Assembly: GCA_964188305.1 (NCBI GenBank)
Contig: OZ076888.1
Strand: one strand, 5' to 3'
DNA: 64,000 nt
Source: Podarcis bocagei
Lineage: Eukaryota
The notes under the pieces are model-generated. The model worked only from the letters and a program-made list of their open reading frames with translations, had not been told where the DNA came from and did not search any database. Of this stretch, positions 1-11,887 are shown in pieces (the first letter of the stretch is position 1; the number at the start of each line of letters is the position of its first letter). The position numbers were made by a program, and so were the translations under genes.

Positions 1-3000
1 TCAGGGAACATACGAAGAAGTAATTATCCAACCTTACGAGTCATTGCCCTAAAGGTCCTTCTAGAAATCATTTTTTTGTTCTTTATTGATGATGATTTGT
101 GCTCATGATGCTATCAGGGTGGTTATATGTAATTCCAGTTTCTTTTCTTTTTTGTACCTGCTAAGGTTTAAGAATTGATCTACTGCTTTGTTCCCAATTG
201 GGACTCGTCTCATAGCTTCCTGCAAAAAATCCTGTAACTTTTCCTACTACAAATGTTTTGTTGCTGTTGGTTTTTTTGGTATCACTTCTATTGCATTATA
301 GCATAAGAGTGCCGTTTTAGGCAGCAGTGATGCAGCAACCCAGTGGAAGCATAACAGAACAATTAATTGATGTGTAGATGTTCAGAATAAATCCATCACT
401 ATCATGTTAGATCATTATTGCATCAGTATCACATTGCAGAATACATCCACAATAAATCACCAGTCTGGAGAGGCCCTAAGATAGGAACTCAAATGTTTTA
501 GTATGATGGGCCCTATATTTCAGGGAAGGCAGTGATGGAACTTTGTTTTTAAAATTCTCAAGAAACACAAAGGTAATAATGACATTCTTTCACTGAAGAG
601 ACACATTATTAACAGAGAGCTGACCTAGTTTTATATCACTGGGAACATCTGGCAAGTGCAAGAAAACTACTTTAGATGGGATGCTCCTCAAGTGCTGATT
701 TGGTGTGAAAGAAAAAGGGATGGCATAATTCTTCTCCCCTTTTTCTGAGACAGGGAAGGACTGAGGAGCCGCTTCTGTCCTATTTGGGTAACATTCAATA
801 ACAGATCTGTTTCATACCATTCCAGGCCTTTCTGTTGCATTTATGCACACTTTTTACATAAAGGACAGATGTTTATGTAAAATTCACACTTTGCAGTGCA
901 CTCACCAGCAAAATACAGTACATATTCTATATGCAGCTTTTATAGAAAATATGTGTAAAATATATGATATTAAATAAGTCCTGGTTTTCTGTGTTGCAAG
1001 AGATTAACACAATTACAAATTGTAACATAACACCCACACTAACACCCATAACACCCACGCTACAACTGGCTCTTCTAAACATCTTTGAGGAAGATAATAA
1101 AGGATTATGGTGTAAAGAGTTGATTATCCGTATGCTAAATGTGGCCAGAGCCACTTATAGCCTGATTTTTTGGAGAGACATAACCAGAACACACACTTCG
1201 CTGGTACATGAAGACATGGGAATCAGCCCTGCTAGAAAAATTGACAAATAAACGGAGAAACTCTAGAGGTCAAAAAAGTAAAGGCAAATTTCTTTCTGTC
1301 TGGTCTGACTTTATTGTTTACATTAATTATGCAGAACATCACCAATCTCCTGCTCCCCACCCCTGGCCTATAAATGTCTGTGGATAATACAATAAAGCAG
1401 GAATACGTGCAGGGCTTCACAAAAGAAGGTTTGCTGGAAATGCAGCTCATTCCTCTGGAAAATAAGGAATATCCATGTCAATGGTGTTTTTATTTTTATA
1501 ACTTATTATAATCTCTCTTAGTTCAACAGTCTGAAATGTATGGCCCCTGCTTCAACATTTCATACTTGTTTTCTGCAATGATTTTGTTTTGTGCTTACTT
1601 TTGCATTTTAATAATTTTTTAAAATAACAACAACAGCAGCAGCAGTCTCACATCTTCTCTTCTTTCTTAGTAATGATTAGAAACAAAATGTGGCATGTAT
1701 TTTCCCCACAAGCAGTAGCCGGAGATGTGGAGCAGGAGTGGGGGAAATTTGCAGCACGTGATACATCATCTCATGTTTTGCAAGCTGGTGTCATCCAGAT
1801 GTTTTGAACTAGAACCTCCATCAGCCTCAGGCAGTGCAGCTGTGGCTGATGTGAGCTGCCATGCAAAACACCTGGAATACACGAGGTTGGAGAAGGCTGC
1901 CTTATGGCATTGAAATACTGCACCCCAAGTCCGTTGTAATCCAAAACATCTGGAGGGCACTAAGGGCTCACTCACAATTTCTCTTGTCTGGGATTTCTTC
2001 CATTTGGTCCATGACTTCTAGGCACATGTCCAAGCTGTTTTTCTTTTGTCCCACCACTTTCCCCAGGAAAAACCCGTTTCCCACTGAATTGGAACAAACA
2101 TCAGTCTGCAGGAAGCTTGATTGACATTTGCTCTGATTCAGCAATAAACAGCAGGTTTTCCCAGTGAAACCAGTGGGACAAGAGAAAAACCTATTGGACC
2201 CACGCCCACAAGTCATGGACCAAACAGAAATGTGAATGAACCCATAGCTGAGTAAAGCTGCTGTACACTTTTCTGAGTCTGGTATGTTATAAGACTTTGA
2301 ATGATCATTTATCTCATGGAAGAAATGAACAAAAGCTTGCATAAGAATTCCACTCATTTTAGGCAAGCAAACAATGATAATTTTCCCTCTTCGAAATGAT
2401 TTGCTATAACCATTAGTAAGATTTAAAAAGGAAAACGACACTTTATGACTCTGTTCAAACCTCGAACACATAAGCTGCTACATAACCATCACAGGCAGTT
2501 TTATTACTCCTGATTGCCAGAATTAGCTGATGTTGTAAGAACACCGCAAAGCAGTTAATTCACAAAGGTGTCTTGTTTTGCTAGTGCACGGAATTCTTTA
2601 GAATAACAATGACAACATTAAAATCTGGTAGAAGTCTGCACAATCGGGTGTACATTAGTCACCTAATTACAGTTGTGTTGTGGAGGACACACAATGCATT
2701 TTAAGATGCATTGGGTGCACTTTTATTTTAGCTATTCGTTTTACAGGATGTGAAGGGTAGGTAAAATGAATATTACGTTGCTCATTTACATGGTCACATA
2801 TATTGCTGCACTTCTAATGAAGGCACAGATTGGCACAAATGTGTTTCTGGTAATAACATGGATCTGTTTTGTTCATTTCCCCTCTTGCTAAAGTATCTGA
2901 ACGCTTTCCAGATCTGCGATAATGGAATGCTTTTGCACAGGCCCATCTGATTAATTCATCCTTTCTGCTCAATGGCAGAAATCAATACATTTTCAAACTG

Positions 3001-5709
3001 GCAATGCTGATTCCACTAGAGAGAATTTCAGAATTTTCTGTCCACAACTAATTGTGTGAAGCATTTTCAAAGTTTTCTGCTTCCTTTGCTCCTTGAAAGA
3101 TTGCCATCTGCAATGATCTGGTACGAGGCAGGACAAAGAAACATCGTATCTTTATCTGCTTAATGATCAACACATCAATGGGAATGTGCATGTTTTGCAT
3201 GCCTAATGTAATGGGCTCAATCTCTGGCATCAAGCTGGCAGGAAAAAGACCTCCTTCTGAAAACCTGGAGGAGTGGTGTCAGACAACACTGAACTTGGTA
3301 CAAGGCAGCTCTCTGACATAATGGAATGATGTCATCTGGAAGCAATGCCTCACCTGTTATGGGAAACCAAGTGAGGGGAAAAAAAAAGTATCTGCTTGAT
3401 CACTTGACTGTAATAACCATATTCTTAGGGGCTACAATTTGAAATTTTTAAAATAGCCATCCTCCAAATTAAATACTAAAATAAAGCTTTCCTCAGCACC
3501 ACCGGTAAAAGTGGCCATAAACAGATGTCCAATTATTCTGTAAGTTTGCAAATCATATTCCGCTTGTAGGAGCACATTTTTGGGATGTGGTAGAATAGCA
3601 CACTGACAGGTGCTGTGTCCCCCCCCCCCCAGTTCTCTACCTGAAGTTCTGTTTAACTGTCTATTCTCTGCAGGTAAAATGACAGGATACTGTGATTCAT
3701 TCTGGGAAATTCCTGGCTCAGTGCTTATGAAGTCCCTTGGTGTGGATGCTTTGAGCCCAAGCACCTAATTCTGTATCGATGTTGACTGTTCTGCATCCCA
3801 CATTGCACCTGACAGTTATATATCTAGCTGGGGGGGGGGGGGGAGGGCGGCGGCGGCAGAATGAGAACTGGACCTGTGCTACTAAACTTTTATGATACTT
3901 CTCCACACACACACATAGTCAAAAGAAAAGAAAAGTTGGTGTAGCTAGATGGAGTTACGGATAATCTTAAGGAGCAGGTGCTCTACTTCCATTCAGGAAA
4001 AAGAAAGATTTTATGTCAATGCTGGAGTGTAGAGGAAAGCTCCAGGCATTGCCAGAGGAGAGACATAAAATGTCAATTCAAACTCCATCACAGCATTATG
4101 ATAAATAGGAACCCTCTGGGTAAGGTTGTCTGGCACCAGAGCAGCACTCAAATCTTGGCTTTCCTGATGGAACAATGATTTAGTTAAAATGGCCTATTAG
4201 GTTATTCAAGTCCCCTTCTCTTTTTCCCCATGAAGCTGTCAAGTAGAGATGGGAAAAAACAAAAAAGAAGACTTGAGTCTTCTTCATCCCCTCCTACTGC
4301 CGTGAATTTAGGAGGGGATGAGCAAAAGCAATCCATTTCTAGAGTCTTAAATGGGTTTCCCCACCAGAATGTAGACATTTTGAAGTGTGACAAAAATTCT
4401 CTCTGGAATTTCTCTTATTGTAATGTATTTTCTCTTCTCCATTCCACCAATGATCCCCCTCCTTTTAGTCCTATTGTGAAATACTTGTCAGTGGCATCCA
4501 GCAAGATCATCCTGCTTAACAATATTAATTAGACTATCAGCCATATTGATTGCTACATTAGGGTTATAAACCAGGATTTAAAGCAAATTACTGAACACAT
4601 ACGCCATGGACATTATTACTGCCCCTGGTACATACCCCTTGCCACCCAGTATGCATATCCATCTTGTGTTACTACACATTGCAGTATGATTTTAGGACAC
4701 AAGGGGGCTCCCATCACATATATTCAAAGCCTCATAAATTTCCTGTCCGTAGCTGACATAATTTCTTTAAATGAACAGTGCTAAAGCAACACTGATACTT
4801 TAATGAACAGAATAGCTGTCCAATTAGCCACAGACACCAGACAATTGCAGTTGGTTATACAAGAACCCAGCAGAAGTGTGAACCGTGGTTTTTGTTTTTT
4901 TTGGAAGGTTAAGATTTGCTGCATAAAGTAATTAAGATGTGGATGATTACATCAAAGTGACTGAAGTCTGCAAGTCCTTTGAGTCTTTCTTTCCTATTGA
5001 AAGACCCTGTCCTGTGGAATGACTTTCATGTGGCACTGATACTCTCTTCTGCCTCACTTGCCACAGAACAACTTCTCTTGCTAAGAGACAAGGTCACATT
5101 TCTGCCTCTGAATCAGTGTGCCTGAATCAGTTTTTCCTGTTCCGCCAAGAACTCAACATACACAGAGCCTATGCCTTGAGTGCATTACAGGACTCATTCA
5201 GACGTCTTGCGTATGAAGCTTTCCTCTTGATTTGCTTGCACAAAAACTTACACAGAAGTTAGACCATGTCCAAGTTCTTTCTGATGTGAATGTTCTTTCT
5301 GATTTGTTAGTTATGCAACAATAATGAGCATGCTTGATCCTGATTTGCTTGTGGGGTGTTCACACATCTTCCTTTTAATTATTTGTTCATACAACACTTT
5401 CCACTGCATTCCCATGTCACTTTTGTAATGGCACATTTATTTATTTTTTGCATATGCTTTTTTAAAAGTTAACTTCTTGCGTTAGGGAGACAGAGCACTT
5501 TAATCGTGCAAACTTTAATTGTGCAAACCTAAATTTCCAGTATGTTATTGAATCCCTCCCACAAAATAGTGACAGTCTGGAGGAGGAGGAGGCACCCATG
5601 GTTGTGACAGCAAAGGTTAGTGGCCGTGCTGATATGTGGGTGAGATTGGTTCAAAGTGCTCTCATCAGTCCAGATATCTTCTTGTGACAACTAGAATCTG
5701 GTATTTAGG

Positions 5710-6360
5710 TGTCGTGAACTGGTAGGGCAACAGGGAGGAGGAAGAGGATCTTGGCGAGGTATGTAGCCCAGACTGGGACACATTGAGACGAGCAGGAGAT
5801 GGGGAAGTAAGTACTCAGAGGGTGATGGAGGATGGCAAGGGGATGGAGGTCAAGGCACAGGAACCAGAGCAGCAGGACCCATCACCAGAGCCAGAGGGAG
5901 CCCTGTCTTCATGAACCTGGCAGACTCTGAGGTGTAGGAAGCAGCAGGAAGGACACGTTAGGAGGCAGATGCAAGCAAGGGCCCACAGCCCAGCTCCCTA
6001 GCTGGCCAGGTGGGGCTCGCTAGCTCTGGGAGGAGGTGTGTGATTCCTCAGCTGGAGTAGCCTTGGAGCAGATGAAGGTCACATGACTCATCAAATCCAG
6101 GTGCTGCAAACAGCAGGCAAAATATAAAAGTGCAGCAGAGCTGAAGTGCTGGGTCTGCTCACCTGCCCATGTTGAGGGACCTTGGCTTGGATGCTCCTGG
6201 ACCTCTAAGGGACTGTGCTTTGGGTTTGACTCTGGGCTGTATCCTGACTGCTGGACTTCAGACTTGGCCTGCTTGGAATGACCCTGGACTGTGTTTTCTA
6301 ACCTTTGGAGTCCCAGACTTCGGACTTGACATACTGACTTGCTGCCAGGGGTTCAGGACA
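5710..6360 (+). mobile_element. Probable solo LTR (Gypsy/ERV-like)
   Basis: Termini TGTCGTGAAC...GTTCAGGACA (TG..CA, 9/10 inverted match); flanks TTAGG/TTAGC (near 5-bp TSD); purine-rich U3-like half, TATAAAAG at about 6123, pyrimidine-rich 3' half. Confidence 0.65.
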
Positions 6361-7789
6361 TTAGCTAAACTGACTTTCCTAAACACATCTTTGCTATCTG
6401 GATCAGGAGATGAACTTCTTCAGGTCTGTTTTTATATATATCAAAAATCCAAACAAACAGCCCGCACTGTGCATCTATGTGATTAATTGAGTTGAATAAG
6501 CTAGATCTTTCCATTCTCTGGACTCCCATATTTCAACAGAATTGTGCATAATGATGGCTGTATTGAAGATGATAATAGTTTTTAGGACACTGAGATTTTA
6601 TTTTATTTTATTTTAAAAATCTAAAACCAGCAACACTGGAGAGGCGAGCATAGTGTCTGAGGATGAAGTGGGCAACACACCAGTCTATTTCATATCTCCT
6701 ATGACAGTATGTGCCAAAAATGGCTCATCAATTGGGGCAGAGGTGCTATCCTAGGTTCACAGCAGGTGTGTCAATATTACCTTACCAAGAGGGAGGGCGG
6801 GATGATGGGGAGTATGGTGTGGTGCAAATGCAATGGCAGAGCCATTTCAGTACTCCTGCTGGTGCATTGGCACCGTGCTGATCTCTCCACCACCTCATCC
6901 ATCAGCCTCTCCCTTCCAGTCGGCCACCTCTGGCAACATGCACAGAAATGAGCCTTTCAAACAGTTAGAATATAGGCAGTACTATAGAGCTCCCAGAGCT
7001 TCCAGGGAAGAGGAATGGTCTGTTACTCTGGGGACTGTAGCTCTGGGAGGGGAAGAGAGGTATTCTAACAATTCTCAGCACTCTTATCAAACTAAACTTC
7101 CCAGGATTCTTTCGGGCAAGCCATTGATATTTTAAGTACTGCCTTAAACAGAGCTGCTGCTGTGCTCTCTGATGCCTGACACTGTTTCATGGCATGCCAG
7201 TTATGCTCAGTGCTGTTTTTGTGGGGGGACACAGACACATTTTGTGAATCTACATTTGGCCTCTTTGAGGGACGGTATTTCAATATGAGTAGGAAAATGA
7301 GAGTGCCCTTGAACATTTTTTTAAAGAAAAAAAGCACTGGTTATGCCCCTCTGCCTGCACTGTTTCTGCCATTTTTTTGCCCTTGTTTATAACAGCCAGG
7401 GCTTTTCTGAAGCAATCATTTGTGCACATGTGCAGATTTTAAGATGATGTCCAGAATTGTATCGTGCTAAGCTAAACTGAAGTCTGCAACTGTGTGGCAC
7501 CGGCAAAATGTAATCATATGAGATTTGGCAGGAATAAAAGCACCTGCTTGCTGGTAAATTAACTTGTTCAGCATAGTCTGAGAGAGTAAAGCTGACTTGT
7601 CTGTAAATTGGTAGAGGGAAAATGTAACTATTCAAGAGGTCCAGAGCCGCAGATGGGATTGATCCTCTGAGAACTCTGTTCATGAAAAAGAACATTATTG
7701 AAAATGCCCAGCTGTGGTTGCATAAACACAGAATCATAGAACTGTAGATTTAGAAGGGACTCCAGGGTCATCTAGTCCAAGCCCCTCCA

Positions 7790-7977
7790 AGTGTCTCAAA
7801 GTAGTCTACATGCTTCTTCCCCTTCCCATTTTATCATCACAACAACACTGTGAAGCAGGTTAGTTTGAAAGCCAGTGGGTGGTCAAAGGTTGCCAGTGAG
7901 CTCCATGGCTGAGTGGGAATTTGAACCCTGGTCTCCTGAGTGCTGGTCAAAAACTCTTAATTACTGCCCCACACTGG
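7790..7977 (-). mobile_element. tRNA-derived CORE-type SINE (Squam3/MIR-like)
   Basis: CACAACAAC.CTGTGA.G.AGGTTAG core and reverse B-box GGGAATTTGAACCCTGG. A + strand relative lies at about 18690-18860. Confidence 0.7.
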
Positions 7978-7990
7978 GACCATAAATATA

Positions 7991-8199
7991 CAGTGGTACC
8001 TCGGGTTCATTACTTAATTCATTCCGGAGGTCCGTTCTTAACCTGAAGCACCACTTTAGCTAATGGGGCCTCCTGCTGCCGCCATGCCGCCGGTGCCTGA
8101 TTTCTGTTCTCATCCTGAAGCAAAGTTCTTAACCCGAGGTAATATTTCTGGGTTAGAGGAGTCTGTAACCTGAAGCGTATGTAACCCGAGGTACCACTG
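7991..8199. mobile_element. Tc1/mariner (Tigger/pogo-like) MITE
   Basis: TIR CAGTGGTACCTCGGGTT / AACCCGAGGTACCACTG with TA duplication on both sides. Confidence 0.9.
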
Positions 8200-11100
8200 T
8201 ATAGCCATTGGTTCTGGAGGGAGTTTTGTCAGGCTATCTTCTTAGAGGAGAAAGACAGACTGCTTTCCTCTTGTGTTTTCCCTCACACCACAGCTGATGC
8301 AGCCAGGTAGAACAGTGTGGGGAGGGCAGAAGTCCCTAAGCCACAGAAAGAATACACTTGCTGTATTCATTGCTGTTGAAGAAACGAAGCTGTGTGGCAG
8401 CATATACGGTATTCAAAATGCCATTCCCCTTCTCTGGTCCCAAGGGACAAACTTTTTTTTTTATGACTCTAGTTTCTATGGTGGCAATTTCAGAAGTTAT
8501 GCTAGGAAGACTTGTGTCATCCTGTCTCAAAGGAATAAAGTGATGCAGCAGTCAAGTTCTTCTGTTGCCTTATATTTCCCTTCTGTGTATCATCAAAAGT
8601 CTGACCAAAGCCTTGCAAAGTGAATAAGCAGCTTTTTTTTTTATTTAAAAAAATGATATTTATTAGGGGTTTGAAAGTTACAGAAAAAGAAAAAAGAACA
8701 ATAGAAAATTAAACAAAACAATACCTTACAATACATCAAAATAATAATAATAAAAAACAACAGCAAAAACATTTAAAAACACATCCAACCTTTCCATGTC
8801 TTTACCTTTCATATACTTGTTTCATCGACCTCCTCACACCTCCCTTTTTTGTATTCTAATTCAATTAGCTATTTCAGCAAGTCCTTTCCATCTTTCTCAA
8901 TTTTCGTTCTAAAATTTATCTTAAGACAGTCTAACCTTAAATTTTCCACTTTGGTCCATTAACAATCTATTTTTACTTAATTCTTTATAACATTTCTGCT
9001 AAAGCCATATAACTTCATTCCAGCATCCTTCTAACATTCATTAATTTTGCAATATTTCTGTAAATATACTTTAATTTTTTTTCCAATCTTCTTCCACCGA
9101 CTCTTCTCCCTGGTCTCGGATTCTGCCAGTCATTTCCACCAATTCCATGTAGTCCATCAGCTTCATCTGCCATTCTTCCCCGGTGGGTAGATCTTGTGTC
9201 TTCCAATGCTTTGCGATAAGTATTCTTGCTGCTGTTGTAGCATACATAAAAAAAGTTCTATCCTTCTTTGGCACCAATTGGCCGACCATGCCCAGGAGAA
9301 AGGCCTCTGGTTTCTTCAGGAAGGTATATTTAAATACCTTTTTCATTTCATCTCCCAGAAGTTCTTAATCCTTGGGCATGTCCACCAAAGGTGAAAAAAT
9401 GTACCTTCAGTCTCATTACATTTCCAGCATTTATGATCGGGCAAATGATAGATTTTTGCAAGCTTGACTGGTGTTATGTACCACCTGTAAATCATTTTCA
9501 TTAAATTCTCTTTTAAGGCATTGCATGCCGTAAACCTCATACCTGTGGTCCATAACTGTTCCCAGTCAGCCATCATAATGTTATGTCCAACATCTTGTGC
9601 CCATTTAATCATAGCAGATTTCACCGTTTCATCCTGAGTATTCCATTTCAACAGCAAGTTATACATTCTTGACAAATTTTTAACTTTGGGGTCTAACAAT
9701 TCTGTTTCCAATTTTGATTTTTCCACCTGGAAACCTAGTTTTTTGTCCAAATTATATGCCTCCATTATTTGATAATAATGGAGCCAGTCTCGCACTCTGT
9801 TTTTTAGTTTTTCAAAACTCTGCAGTTTTAATCTATCTCCCTCTTGCTCCAGAATTTCCCAATACTTCAGCCATTTGGCCTCCATATTGAGTTTTTTCTG
9901 AGCCTTTGCTTCCATTGGTGACAGCCATCTTGGGGTTTTATTTTCTAACAAGTCCTTATATCTTATCCAGACATTAAACAGTGCTTTTCTAACAATATGG
10001 TTTTTAAATGCTTTGTGTGCTTTAACCTTATCATACCACAGGTATGCATGCCAACCAAATACATTGTTGAAACCTTCCAAATCCAACACATCAGTGTTTT
10101 CAAGAAGCATCCATTCTCTCAGCCAACAAAAAGTGGCTGATTCATAATAAAGTTTAAGGTCTGGCAGGGCAAATCCACCTCTTTCTTTAGCATCTGTTAA
10201 TATCTTAAATTTTATTCGAGGCTTTTTGCCCTGCCAGACAAATCTAGAGATATCTCTTTGCCACTTCTTGAAACAGTCCATTTTGTCCAAAATTTGCAAT
10301 GTTTGAAACAGAAACAGCATCCTCGGCAATACGTTCATTTTTATCACAGCAATTCGGCCTAACAGTGATAACTTCAAATTTGACCATATTTCTAAGTCCT
10401 TTTTCACTTCAGTCCAACATTTTTCATAATTGTCCTTAAATAAATTCACGTTCTTAGCAGTCATATTAACCCCTAAATATTTCACTTTCTTAACTAATGT
10501 TAATTCTGTCTCCTTCTGAAACTTATCTCTCTCCATCGCAGTTAAATTTTTCTCTAAAACCTTAGTTTTCATCTTGTTCAACTTAAAGCCTGCTACCTGA
10601 CCAAAATCTTGAATCAATTCCAGTACTCTTTTAGTACTAGATTCTGGCTCCTGTAAAGTCAATACTAAGTCGTCAGCAAATGCTTTCAATTTGTACTGTT
10701 TAGCTCCCACTTGTATAACTTTAACCAATTGGTCCCTTCTAATCATGTTTAGCAAAACCTCCAGGACCGATATAAAAAGCAGTGGAGAGATTGGGCAACC
10801 TTGTCGTGTTCCTTTCTCAATCTTAAATTCTTCCGTCACTACATTGTTCACAATTAATTTAGCCTTCTGTTCTGAATAAATTGCACCTATACCATTTCCA
10901 AAACCTTGACCAACCCCCATCCCCTGTAAATTCTTCTTCATAAAACTCCAAGAAATATTATTGAAGGCTTTCTCCGCGTCCACAAATATCAAAACTGCTT
11001 TAGAATTAATTTTCACTTGTAATTTTTCTAAGATATTAATTATGTTCCTCGTATTGTCAGACAAGTGTCTGCCCGGGAGAAAGCCCACTTGATCTTTATG

Positions 11101-11776
11101 GATTTCTTCTACTAACACCTTTTTTAATCTTTTAGCCAAAATATCTGCAAAAATTTTATAATCCACATTAAGCAGTGATATGGGGCGGTAGTTCTTGAGT
11201 TGTGTCTTTTCAGACTCTATTTTCGGTATAAGTGTGATATAAGCTTCCTTCCACGACTCTGGTGCCCTTTTCCCTTCCAGAATTTCATTACAGACTTCCT
11301 TTAAAGGTTGTATTAACCATTCTTTCAGAGATCTGTAGTATCTTGAAGTCAATCCATCTGGTCCTGGGGATTTGCCCAATTGCATGTTCTGAATGGCCCC
11401 TTCTACTTCCTGCTCCATTATTTTGTAATTCAGCATTAACTTATTTTCCTGAGAGATTTTTTGTAGTCCATTAATTTTCAAAAATCTATCAATGTCCATT
11501 TCTTTCTGCGTCTCCTGTGTATATAGTTGTTTGAAATAACTCTGGAAGCACTTTCTAATTTCCACTGGATTCTGTATATTCTTTCCTTCCACTTCCAAAT
11601 TCGTAATGGTATTAAGCTTTTGTCTTTTTTTCATTTGCCAAGTCAACAGTTTTCCACACTTATTTGCTGATTCAAATGTATTTTGTCTCATCTGTTTAAT
11701 CTTCCATTCTATTTCCTGATTCATCATTTTCATATATTGTACTTGATATAACTTTATCTCTTTCAGGATCTCCTGT

Positions 11777-11887
11777 TACAGATGGGTAGCCGAGTGTATC
11801 TGAAGAAGTGTGCATGCACACGAAAGCTTATACCAAGAACTAACTTAGTTGGTCTTTAAGGTGCTACAGGAAGGAATTTTTTTAAAT
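11777..11887 (+). mobile_element. Penelope-like element (PLE) terminal-repeat fragment inserted into L1 ORF2
   Basis: Flanked by duplicated AGGATCTCCTGT (11765-11776 and 11888-11899); homologous to the copy at 62851-62988; contains a hammerhead motif typical of PLE pseudo-LTRs. Confidence 0.8.
11796..11833 (+). ncRNA. Minimal type I hammerhead ribozyme motif
   Basis: GTAT-CTGAAGA-A-GTGTG(CATG)CACAC-GAA-AGCT-T-ATAC. Stem I GUAU/AUAC, core CUGAAGA and GAAA, 5-bp stem II, loopless palindromic stem III (AGCU), predicted cleavage after CUU at 11829. Confidence 0.75.

Noticed and set aside
1968-2471. 167-aa ORF on the minus strand
   Set aside because: Runs through a degenerate foldback repeat; no domain features.
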